A stretch of DNA of 62,591 bases, filler included. It is 13 parts of 13 records of this genome, joined end to end, with 100 filler letters (N's around TTAATTAATTAA, not from the genome) between each part and the next. Parts side by side here need not be neighbours in the genome. Positions count along the whole stretch, not along the records: positions 43,092 to 57,346 come from SRR9670534_1686; positions 57,447 to 59,754 come from SRR9670534_1691; positions 59,855 to 62,591 come from SRR9670534_1699; 10 more parts are not named here. The stretch is one strand, 5' to 3'. A program made the translations under genes and the position numbers. Below, piece by piece: positions 50,526-62,591 of the stretch (its first letter is position 1; each line of letters starts with the position of its first letter). The notes beneath the pieces were generated by a model. It had not been told where the DNA came from. It ran no database searches and saw only the letters and a list, made by a program, of their open reading frames with translations.

Positions 50526-52003
50526 AAAAGAAATTACAATAAGCATTTTGTCTCTCATGATTTATCAGTTATCATTGTATATTACATAATCCACTATTGT
50601 GTCTTTTTTGATTACGTAATCACTGTCATAATTGATTATTACCTGAGTATTTTTGTATAACAGCTGGCTTCATGCTAGTCAGATGTTATCATTTTTATGT
50701 TTATAAACTTTGATTATTATTATTTTCCAAAGTCTTCCAACTTAGGTTTAAAATCCAATAAAAAAGTGAATTGCCTGTGTGATTTTTAAATGAACGCGAT
50801 AATAATCATGTTCAATCAATACTAATGTAAATCAAAGTCTTGTTTATTGTCTTGTTACAATAATAAGGACAACTTACTTACTGTGAATGTGTGGACGGTG
50901 GCAATAAAAGGCATTGATTTATGATTGTGGTGCTACTTATTGGTGCCTATTTGATATGTTAATAATAATAATAATAACCTAAATAGGAGGATTTTTGCTT
51001 TTACTACATGTTTAATACCTAGTTACTCCTAGTAAATTGCAGCTGAGACAATAATAATGTCAGCACCACGCAAGTTATTAACGAACTAACTAACTAACTT
51101 TTGCAAATTCAATTTTTAAAGTCATTATTTTTGTTTGACAGAGCAGCATTTATTAATTTAAGCCAAAACAGACCTCTGATTTGAGTTGGTGTTGTGTCAA
51201 CATGGTATTAATTCCAAAATTATGAGGCAGTAAGCATTACCTGGTTATTAGTAGAAGCTTTGCCACCTGAAAACTCCACTTGACCATGTATTGTGACGTC
51301 AGCGCATACCTCTCCATTGTAATACTTGCGTAAATCCCTAAATAACAGGAGGGTGTGTACTTGACTATTTATCAAAAATATTTAAGTTTTTGATTCCGGT
51401 ATAGCTGAGGTAAGTGTCTGAATCAATGATCGACAAAAGATGACTTATCGTTGTATATTGGCTTCTATGGTGATGACGGGTGTGTCTGCCTTTTTGGAGG
51501 TATTTCTGGCGCCATGCCAAGAAATTTCACTCAATTGTAATAGTATTTATATACACGGATTTTCATTGATCCGGTTAGTCTAGTTGTACTATTGCACAAC
51601 TAACCATCAAGTTTTGAAATAAATTTTTCCCTTTTATGACCTTGTTCAACAGCTGCTATTGGAATTTAGTGAAAAATAGAACTTACCTTGCGCATTTTTA
51701 ATTTGCTATGTAATGTATAACATATACATGTATGCATAGTTCCATGTAATTATAGTAGGGACATATATGACATATAAGGGTATATATGCCATTATAATAA
51801 GACAGTTTTATGTGGCATAGTATTCTAACATATTGCGTCTGCCGCCCACGTGTACGATACTTGGCTTTGTTCCAAAACTTTGAATACCTGACGTAGTATA
51901 AAAGTATAAAACACTGTTAGAGCAATAGAAGCTTATATTCTGCAATATTTTAATTCATTATTATAATCTATTCTCAGATTCAAATCATTCAACTTTTTTT
52001 CAA

Positions 52004-53163
52004 ATGATCATTATGAATGAAAAATTTTTAATTAAATGTTTCCTATGTTTGGCAGCAATTATTCATGGAACAGGTAAATTTTTCTACAAATTTTAATATA
52101 TGTTAATATTATTGTGTTAACTTTTAGCATGTACCAAATGTACTTGTTATAATGATGTGGAATTTTGCGCCGATGAATCAACTGAGACATGTGAAACTGA
52201 TGATGGTGTTTGCTACTTTGGCTATGATTTCCAAGCAAACCATATTGTAAAGGGATGTGTTACGGGTTCAAATGTTGAGCAAAACTGCTTTGAAAACAAC
52301 AAAATTCCTGGTTCATTTTCAGCTAAATGTTGTTTTTCTGATTACTGTAATGGTATACCATCTACCAGACCTGAGCAGCAAGTTAATGTCATTAAAAGTG
52401 ATGAACAAGCACCTAACGAAAAGACTGGTAATATATGATTATTATTAATAATAATGAACATGCTATTATGTTTATGTCACGTGACTATTACTAGCAACGC
52501 TTTATTATGGTAACATCAATAAAATATACATTTGTAGCGTTTTATTATAGCTAAGTTGATTGAAAATGATAAACTTTTGTTTCAGTGAAAGGTGAAAAGA
52601 CTAAAAACTCTGAAAATGGTCTTTTGAGGGTTGATGAGGCACGAAACATCATTATTGAAGCGACCTCAAGTTTTGCCAGAAAACCCTCGCTCAGCTTGAT
52701 AGATGCTTCAACAGTTGATGATCATCCCTTAATAACACATGCTAATGGTTCCACGGGCTCTGATGATCCCCTTAAGGATTCTATGACTAATGAAGAACTG
52801 GACACTGTGGAATATTTGACAGTGATTGACTCCAAATCCTTCATGTACATATTTCTAACGTCTCTCATGTTGGTGGCAATTCTGGTTCTCATAGTAGCAG
52901 CTCTATTCCTTCTGAGAAAATGGCACATCAAGAAGCAGCAAGAAACCATCTGTTCCTCTGGCGATTGTAAAAATTTTCGTCATAATAATAATGTATGTGG
53001 AAATTATTACCAACCAAATATTTTCGAAACTCGGCAACCTGTACCATCTATAATAAATAATAATGCCAGCAGTGACGAATCTTCCTCAGACGGCACTGCA
53101 AATTCTGATGGCATTTTATCCTCTACGTACACTCATTTGCCTTTAGTTGGACAAGCTGTATGA
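52004..53163 (+). CDS. TGF-beta/activin type I receptor-like ectodomain plus TM, with no kinase (BAMBI-like pseudoreceptor); exons 52004-52073, 52128-52427, 52586-53163
   Basis: Signal peptide, then KCTCYNDVEFC...TCETDDGVCYFG...KGCV...NC...AKCCFSDYCN, a long stalk, TM (FMYIFLTSLMLVAILVLIVAALFLL) and an ~80-aa tail to the stop with no GS box or kinase. Confidence 0.8.
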
Positions 53164-56100
53164 TCTGAATTTGAGACTTTGTCTAACAAACCCTTCTGTA
53201 CAGAGTCTATGTTACAGAACACATGTGTGCTTTTCCACTTTTTGATTTCGTAAAAATCTTCTTTTGTCAACTAATTTATTCTATTAATTACCATTTGATA
53301 TAGTCAGACTTTTATAACTACATCCTGAATCAGGATTCCTGATCCATATTTTGGATATTATTATGAATGATATTCATAGTTATATATATAATTTATTCTC
53401 GTTGGTCTGTGTGTTTTATAGACCCAAAATATATTATAACTAATGTAAATACAAAAACTATATTGAATAAAATTTTGATTTGTTTTCAAATTATCATTAT
53501 TAATAATAAGAAACTTACTCTTTGAAAGCGAATAGGTAGTATTGAATATATAACAGTACAAAAAAATTTAAACAAGACAGAAAGTGACGAAACGGATTTT
53601 ACCTAAATGAGGTCAGCCATCGATTTTTCTCAGGATATTGCAACTACGCGGAAAGTTTTGTTTTCAATATAAGTTGCACATTCCTGTCAAAAAGGATATT
53701 ACCTTTATTACCTTTATTAATATATTATTACAGATATATTACTAGCTATCAAATTCAAGAACAGGTGCGAATAATGTTTATTATTATTATTAATATTCAA
53801 TATAACAATTATGATTATAGGGAAACAACTCATTAATCTAAAAAAAGGAGGTAAAATAAATTTAAAAAATACACAATAGATACAGTAGTTTAGTACAATA
53901 GTTCCTTGATCAAATGATCACACTGATTTATTAATATACTATTGTTTATTAATTGCTATAACAATCGAGTCTATTTGAGTTTCATCATTATTACTATTGT
54001 ATATGTACCTATTAATAATAATAATAAAATCATTATATTCAAAGGGCAAAGACGCTGTGTAAATAAAAGCGCGATGACGGTATGATTGAGTATTATTGTA
54101 TATGTATTATATTATAGTATCGACTGACTTACTGTTTGCATAGATCAAAAAGATGTCGCTATTATTATTTATTAGGTGGTTTAGAACATTTTAGATTGAT
54201 ATAAGCGACTGAACCGAAAAATTTTTATCACGAATTAATTGACTTTTATATCAGTCTCTTTATATTGAGGTTTATAGGGCACTACTCTGAAGTAGCTAAT
54301 TAGCTTTAAAGCAGTTCACAAATATGGTCGACATCTTTTTGGAATTATTAGTATTGTAATTCATAGCCTTAGGAGCTTTAAGGAATTCTTCGTTTTTGGC
54401 ATCTCATATTAGACTATTTATTAATCATCGCCATTTTAGCTTACTAATTTTGCTAGCATTAATTCAATCAATTAGGTATACTGCTAATGTTATAACATAT
54501 TATAATAAAAAAGTTCACTATAAATAATGACATTGTTTGTCTTTCCATAATAACGTCGAAAATTTCATTTTAAGCTAACGTGGTTCATTTCTTTAGAACA
54601 CTTGATATATTTTAACCTGTTCACTTTTATTTCGATAATTTTTACCTTATTATTAATTATTGAGAGCACAGCATGTATAGGCAACTGGTCAAGGGTATAA
54701 TTAAAAGCAAATTTCTCTCCTCATGTGTTCATTCTCCACCTTATAATATTATTAATGAGAAGTACACTCTAATAAGTCTGTGGAGTCAAATAATAATAAC
54801 AGCTATGACGTACTTTATGTTTGCCCATAATTATTGTTATAAATAATAATTATTATTTATAGTATGAGGGAAGGGCGTATGGGAAGGGTAATAAGCGAAA
54901 TATTTCCTTAAGTGCTGCCCATAACCTTCTTGTGTCAATTGCATCTTGAATTGATCCTAATGATCTCACACCAAGCAAAAACTTGCACCAAACGGAAAAA
55001 TCTGCTATTTAATCGTTGTTAGATAGTGACTGGGACCCACTGCCTTCTCAAATTATAAATTATACCCTTCAGCCCCTTTCTTTCTATAACCATAATAACA
55101 TAGAGTAGTTTCAGAGTACATTGTTACTAATGCTGAAGATTACTCAATTATGGCACTGAACGCTCTGACAGCAAATGTCCAGAAACACAGCTGTGTCTTT
55201 TCTACCAAAGTGCTATGTTGTTACATGTTTCAAATTAGATTAGCAGCTTCAACCCCTAAGTTGTCTAGGTATTCAAACATGATAATGTAGAGCTCTAGGT
55301 ATTGCGCAATTAGCGTTGTTTCATGATATTTATAATATATTATAATATGTGACAATCGATATGGAATTTCCGTTTAATCTGGATAATACCATTATTGCTA
55401 TTAATAGCAATACGTTTTTGCTTAATAACAATATACTTACTACGGTTTTATTAATAATAATAACGTAATTTAAAATAAAATCTACGTGGTCAAGCATTCA
55501 GATCTCATGCCATTAATAGTGTCAAATCTGACGTGAAACCTTGCATCAGGTTCACATTATGAAGCCAATGGCCAAATCAGACTATAAGGCAGACTATTAG
55601 TATACTAATTACAACAATTATCTTGAGGCTAGAAAAAATGACTTAACGTTCTTATTATATAGGTATATCAATAAATTTGTGGTTTTATAGCGTCAATAGG
55701 CGTGGTAGTGGTACTAGATCTTCTGGTGTTATTATTTGGCAGTAGCCCCAAGAAGTAATCAATATAAATGATGCAAAAATCAGCTAGTTGGGATATTCAG
55801 TCCTGCTACTTATAACAAGTATGCTGTGTAATAACATAATTTTTCAATTCTTGTTATTGATATTATCATATTCAAGACCATAAACCATTCTTGGCTACCC
55901 ACTGGTATCTTCAATTATTATTATATAATATTATCTGCTACCGATAATAATAAAAATAATTAGTTTTTATTAGTAAACTACGATAAAATTATTATCAATA
56001 ATGATAAGATAAATTTAGAATAACATTAATAATAATAAATTTAAATTAATAATTCATGTCAATAGTTAGACATATTTTATTAATAAAAATAATATTTTAT

Positions 56101-56749
56101 AAAAAGTATATGTACAATAAGTATACTTATAAAAATTGATTAATCATAGGCTTATTTATTAATTAATAAAGTAACTACACAACAAACACATAAATAATTT
56201 AATAATAATTATTTAAGTAATCTAATCAAATGCAATAATTAGCACCTATTCTACATGCATTTATTGAAAATAACGTCAAGAAATTAGTAATATAATAATA
56301 TTGAGGGTATTTTTTATTTATAATAGCTTTAGTAAACAATAAGACATCTGAAATAATTTGACTTATTTCCCTTTACTATTGTATTACATGGTCACAAAAG
56401 GAATAATTATTATTATAATAATAATAAGCAAAAGAGAAATTGCCAATAATTTTATGGTACTGTACGTGGTTAAACAGTGACAAAGCTAATTATAAAGTGG
56501 AAATGCCTCTCAATTTGGTATAAATAATAAAAGATTTGGCAAGACATTCATTCAGTTTTGTAGTTATTTATTAATAATAATGGTTTGTCTAATATTTGCT
56601 ATCATTATGATTATCACATGATATTTTAGATAACCAAAATTGTCAACAGAAGATTCTAAGTTCAAAATGATGTTATTGATTTCTTTCCTCATATGTTCAT
56701 GGAACTTTGGTACAATTATTACCATAATTACCAAAAATAGCATCAGAAG

Positions 56750-57170
56750 ATGATTGCAAATATAACTTTTGATTACTCCTTCCTATTCAATACTACAGCG
56801 GATTTTTGTTCTTTCAACCTGACTTTGCCTTGTGCAGAACTGTTTCGACACATCTTTCAGCATTTCTTGATTCCAATTACTGTTGCCTTTGGAATTTTTG
56901 GAAATATCATTGCCATAACCATTTTGGTGAAGAAGACAATGAGATCTAGCACAAATTCCTACTTGACAGCTTTGAATCTCTTTGATTGTCTGTATTTGGC
57001 TTTACATTACGTTACAAGCGTAAAGTTTAGTATTTCGGAAATTCGATCCGAAAAACACTGGCCAAAATTCGTTTATGCACACATGTACATTTACCCTACT
57101 GCAGATATGTTCCAGCAAACAAGTATTTGGATCACAGTTGTCTTCACAATTGAAAGATTTGTTGCAATCA
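56750..57170 (+). CDS. Rhodopsin-class neuropeptide GPCR (FMRFamide/sex-peptide-receptor-like), TM1-TM3 exon; partial
   Basis: N-glycosylated N-terminus, FGIFGNIIAITIL, MRSSTNSYLTALNLFD, TSIWITVVFTIERFVAI, then a splice donor at about 57171. Confidence 0.88.
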
Positions 57171-58201
57171 AGTACAATTATTATTAATACATTGTACATT
57201 TAACTTTGTATTTTAACATTGTTATTTAATAATCTTTGTTTTCTAAAAATGATTGCTAGAAATTCTAAAATGTTACGTAATATGTTATAATCCCAGAAGA
57301 TTTCCTGGAGGAATCTTGCAAGATTCCTGCAGGAATCCTAGAGAAANNNNNNNNNNNNNNNNNNNNNNNNNNNNNNNNNNNNNNNNNNNNTTAATTAATT
57401 AANNNNNNNNNNNNNNNNNNNNNNNNNNNNNNNNNNNNNNNNNNNNATGCAAGCCCTATCTATATTATGTAAGCAATTCTAAATTCTATATCTATTACTA
57501 TCACTATATAAATTTCTAAAAATTTGTAAATTGTTTAAAAACAATTTTAAATCTAAGATTAATAATATTAAAAAAGTTTAAAGTAGAGAAAATTTAATTT
57601 ATTATACTAAAAATAATTTATTAATGGCTAGTAATATACTATATCTTCCTTATAAAAATATGTATAATATATTATACATATTATATATTATACAGTAGAA
57701 GCATTGTACAAAAATTTGCAAATAGATATTATTCAAAAAAGTAGAATTTGTAAAAATGGTAAATTTTATACATATTAACACTTTATTATATCTTTTATAG
57801 GTTTTAGGTTTTTAGGTTTTGCTTTTATTCCTGCTATATAGCTTAGAATAATAAATTGTACATAATATAACATCAAAAAAATGTAATAATGAATATGTAT
57901 TACTATTAATTAGCAACATGCTCATTATCATAATAATCAGACAATAGAATATCATTTGAAAAATTGTCAATAATAATAATAAAATTGAATATCATAGAAA
58001 ATCATCATAGATCATTTCATAATATTAACAATATAAGTAGCAAAGTAACAATAGGGAATGATAAAAATTGTTATCAGTAAGAAACAAGTTGGAGAATAAT
58101 TAAAACAAGGTAGAATCACTGTGGAATTGTCAAGAATTTTCTAAAATATGACACTCATAATAATAAATATATAGAAAATTAAGATAGCTATGATTCTCCC
58201 C

Positions 58202-59718
58202 CTAGAGATTTCCACTTTTGTACATCCAAAAGATGTCTCTTAAGGTGATACTTGAATAAATCAACTGAAACTTCATCAGGGAAAATCCCATTATCAAGAT
58301 GGTTTCACTGATCAGTACACCTATGTATAATGAACTTTCTATATTTAGTATCCTTGCCTGCAGGTGCTTGTAGCTGATACTTGTGGTTCCTCTTGGGATT
58401 AACTTTCTCAAAAAATAATTTCATAATTTCAGAATATTTTTCAACCATAACAATGTTATATAAAAATACTAACGAATAATAATTAAGAGTATTTTCTACT
58501 GATAACATATTGATATCACATAAGCATTGTTCATAGGAGATGTAGGGCTTATTTTTAATGCCAATTAATGAGTTTATCTATTTGTAATCCTAAATTCTTT
58601 TGTGATTCAACCCTCAAAAGTTCTTGCCCATTCATATAAACCTTACCATCAAAGTCAGGTCTAGTGAAATAGGTAATATAATGGCATTTCTTGATTGAGA
58701 AAGACATTTGCCAATCTTCAGCCCACTTAACTAAATCTTCATATCATTAGCATATTTAGATACATTCACATGTAAAAATACCTCATCAACACTATTAATA
58801 AGCATGTTGAAAAGAAGGGTCCCCAGGACATTACCCTGGGGTACCCTACTTGTAATTGATCTAAAGTCGCTGAAACATTCATTCACCCTTACACACTGTC
58901 TCCTAGAATTTAAAAAATTTTTAACAAAAGATCCAATACATCCCTCAAAACTGCAATGTGGTAACAATACAGCCAGTGCTTGATGACTCATGCAATTGAA
59001 CACTTTGCTAAAATCAGTATATACGGTATGTACTGGGATGTTAGAATTATGAAATTTTAAAATATAATGCAAATACTCAGTAAGATTAGAGACACAACTT
59101 TTGTTTTTCATAAAGCCGTGTTGGCTATTATGAAGGAAATTCCTGCTTATCTAGTGCATTTCCATGCGATGTCACACCAGAGCCTTAATGATCTTGCTTG
59201 CTGAACTTGTCAGTGATACCAGGCGATAATTAGTAGGTAGCGATCTATCTCCTTTTTTGAAAATGGATGTTATTATACTATCATGCCACTTAAATACAAA
59301 CATCCCCTTACTAACTAACAAATTACTAAAATTCAAAAAAGTATTTTTAAAATTTATACCCCCTTTAATAAATATTTTAACAGGAATTAAATCTAAACCA
59401 GGCACTGCATTACTATTAGATTCATTCAAAATCATTTTAAGATTATCCATGATAAAATCCGAGTGTGTATACATTTCATCAATGCACAGGGTCTGTAGAA
59501 ATTCCTTGTCAACAGGTTTCCTATATACACTAAGAAAGAAATCATTCAAAATTTTGGCCTTATCGCTGTCATTAGAATGCAAAACACCATTACTATCCCG
59601 TAGATCAGATAATCTTTCCAGGGATTTCCTTCTGGCATTAACCTTATTACAAAAATTATTAGAGTCTTTAGCAATATCCTTAGCAAAAAGTAATTCTGCT
59701 GCAAAATTATCAAGTTAA
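58202..59718 (-). mobile_element. Decayed LINE (CR1-like) reverse transcriptase fragment
   Basis: KAKILNDFFLSVY, PGLDLIP, IFKKGDRSLPTNYRLVSLTS, VYTDFSKVFN, VPQGNVLGTLLF and YANDMK (mutated YADD), broken by stops and frameshifts. Confidence 0.88.
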
Positions 59719-61773
59719 ATATAACATATGTGAATGGGCGAGTTGGGATAGCAGNNNNNNNNNNNNNNNNNNNNNNNNNNNNNNNNNNNNNNNNNNNNTT
59801 AATTAATTAANNNNNNNNNNNNNNNNNNNNNNNNNNNNNNNNNNNNNNNNNNNNTGATCGTCGTGTTCTTCTAGTAAGGTCGTGAAAGGTATTTCGGTAG
59901 ATAAATTCATTTCACTAGAGGCAGTTTTTGTATTTGTGATAACACAAATTACAAATAATCACCTATAGATTATTAAAATTTGGTAGATTATATATGATTA
60001 TTATAATATAGAGTTATTGTGAATATTAGATGGTAACATAATATTGTAATAATATTGTTTCTCTACTGTCTACTTAATGGAAATTAGTATAGTTATGTTA
60101 ATAAAGTGCACTGGAAGCGTTTATGGTACCTAAAATTTTAATGGGTTAGATCATTAATAAAATTTTGACGGAATAGACCATTAAAACATAGCTCTTAGCT
60201 ATAGATTTTACTATAATAACCCTCATTACTGAGTCGTGCACAAGTAATTTAGAAAAAAATAAATACCACAGTAAGAAAAATAGTAATCAGCAATAAGCAT
60301 ATTATTTATAATAAATAAAATATAACTTGTTCAAGAGATGGCTCACTAGCATGACACATAACCACGCCCACTTTTAGAACTTTGGAATCTCTGTTATATC
60401 CCATCTTCTTGCTTCTTGTACGTAAATAATTATATTATTATACTAGAGTGAGAGTGAGTAGTTAGTGTGGTTAGTATGCTGTAAGAGTACTAATCAAGTT
60501 GTGTTATTAATAATAATAATAATAAAAGTAATAAAATTTGGCTTTTACAGCATATTCAGCTACCACAATATATTCCATGTAGCTGCTATCAATAATTATT
60601 ATTATTATTAATAAGGTGCACCGGAAGACTGTTGTATTGTGGAGAGTTTTGTAAACACATGCATTATTATTCTCAAACAAATCTAGATTCACTATTATAA
60701 TAATAATAAGATTGCTACAAATTCATTATCTAATTGCATAGCTTTTGTTTCTTCATAATCCGCCCATGTATTTTATCTTTGCTATAGAAGCAGTGCGCAT
60801 AATTTGTGAGTAATTGGCCTAGTAGGCGGGGCTAAAGATAAAATAAACGAAAATAACTTCCCACATACTATATAGTCTATTTCCATCATGGAGGCTCCAT
60901 GTCGCATTGCTAAATTGATGTCATAATACCGCATAAATAATAATAACTGGTTGAAACCGATTCTTTTCATCATATATAAAATTTTTATTGTAATTACACA
61001 TACATGTAATTACGTTTTCATGAGAATCCCATGATGGGATTTACGGTTTCATAAATGCTAATAGATGTCAATTTATTGTACATCACACATTTCATTGTAT
61101 AATTGAACCAAATACTATTGTATGCTGGTGTATTTGCCAAAAACTGTTGTCTAGTTATGGATAACCGACTCAATTGTATGATTGTAATTCTTTCAGAAAA
61201 TGTTATGGATTATATTTATTCTTCATTGAAAACATGGCTCAAGATGATATTTGGTTGCTAAAACTCATCCAATCAACTAGCCTAAATATTCTGTTGAGTT
61301 ATGTTTTCGTAAATGAAGACAATAACGAAGGAGAAGAAGAATAGCTATCACAAGTTATTTCAAATAACTTATTTGGAGGTATCGATATGTAATTATAGTC
61401 TATGCCGTACAATGTAAACACTTCACTTTACGCCCTAGAAAACAGACAAGATTGCAAAGGGAACATCCATGGATTTGTGAGCGATGATTTATGGAAGAAC
61501 AAGTATGAATCTCATGAACTAGTTGAACAATTGGGTAATTTATGTTCTGCGTAATTAATGTCATGTAAAATTTGCCTACCTTCTTCAATCACAATGTAAG
61601 CATTCGTAACAATAGCTTCTGTAGAAACCAATTAAAGTGTATCAAATTGTGAAAAACCTTTGTCATTATTTTCAGCGCACTTTATTATAGACATATAATA
61701 ACAATGATCGTTTGTGAGCATGCATGTTATTTATTGCTGTTGAGGGGGAAACCCCTATTATTATTATTAGCAT

Positions 61774-62262
61774 TTGATCCTTTGTAATACAAGTTTGTAT
61801 TACAACATTTTCCGAGATATTTGGCAAGATTGCAACAATTCTAGTGAAGTACCTACCAACTTGCAAGTGCGCATCATGATTTCATTAAAGCAAGGGAGAA
61901 AAACGCCTCTTCACAGAACGGAAAACCTTACAGAAGGAACGAGTGCTCGAGAAAAATGGGATGAAATGCAGAAAAATAAGAGTCCACGTGATGATACTTC
62001 TACTAATCATAATAAAATCCTGAGTGCGAAGAAAGGTCAAAAGGACTGGTCAGCAAATTTCTTGTCGAGAGAACAGATTGGAAATCAATCCTTACAAGGA
62101 AAGGAACAAACTCGGAAAGTGATTGAAAAAGAAGAAAAGATCCTCCTACCAACAGTTAGCTGGACAGATGACTTAGAAGGCGAGAGACTCCGTAAAAAGC
62201 GAAACCTTACCCGATCCAACAGCAACTCTTTGCCATCAATACCAAGCGTAATAACAAACTGA
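61774..62262 (+). CDS. Possible terminal exon encoding a basic, low-complexity/disordered tail
   Basis: A 162-codon open frame with higher GC than its flanks and a possible acceptor near 61844. No domain recognised. Confidence 0.4.
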   Translation: MILCNTSLYYNIFRDIWQDCNNSSEVPTNLQVRIMISLKQGRKTPLHRTENLTEGTSAREKWDEMQKNKSPRDDTSTNHNKILSAKKGQKDWSANFLSREQIGNQSLQGKEQTRKVIEKEEKILLPTVSWTDDLEGERLRKKRNLTRSNSNSLPSIPSVITN

Positions 62263-62591
62263 AAGCTAGACTAGTTTTAAAAGTAAAATTGACAACTTTA
62301 AATTGTTGACATTTTTTTAAAATTGAATATTTAATAAGTAGCCGTATAAAATTTATACTGCTACTTAAACATTCAATCTTAAATAAATACTATAAATATA
62401 AGTTTTTAATATTGAAACATAAGCTTTGTATATAATATGTACTACATATCTACCAGGTGATGTAATTGATTCGAAAATAATTAGTGTAAGATAAAATAGA
62501 TAAATTAATATAAGATAATATGAAAATAAAATTATTATTAATAGAAGTATATTCGGGTGATCCACGAATTGTGTCGCATGCTACTATTATG

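Noticed and set aside
57290-57346. AGGAATCTTGCAAGATTCCT palindromic repeats at a contig end
   Set aside because: Truncated repeat or satellite edge, too short to interpret.
5146-59854. Regularly recurring TTAATTAATTAA flanked by Ns, resembling a repeat array or att-like site
   Set aside because: Identical 100-nt artificial contig linker, not biological. It also rules out synteny arguments between the caspase and the kinases.

Overview
This is eukaryotic (metazoan, probably protostome invertebrate) DNA: very AT-rich, with compact genes and many 45-100 nt introns. It is not one locus. It is 13 contigs joined by an artificial 100-nt spacer (N44-TTAATTAATTAA-N44, stops in all six frames) at 5146, 7527, 12664, 15771, 20476, 23078, 28194, 33054, 35523, 42992, 57347 and 59755, so neighbourhood across spacers is meaningless. 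Recognisable genes after manual splicing: NACHO/TMEM35, PRMT7, Rab escort protein (partial), a tandem-CARD caspase with a NICRK active site, two tandem-CARD kinases, a zormin/sallimus-type titin fragment, an LRR membrane protein, RBM5/10, twinfilin, a kinase-less TGF-beta-receptor-like (BAMBI-like) protein, a peptide GPCR fragment, an LDLa-mucin-three-finger protein, two paralogous small secreted 4-Cys proteins, three LINE elements and several MITE-like hairpins. The most interesting signals are (1) a candidate lineage-specific tandem-CARD signalling set (CARD-CARD-caspase plus two CARD-CARD-kinases) and (2) operon-like junctions (PRMT7 to REP only 11 nt apart, RBM5 to twinfilin 162 nt apart) with splice acceptors just before the downstream ATG, suggesting polycistronic transcription resolved by trans-splicing. 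All calls come from reading motifs by eye; no searches were run.
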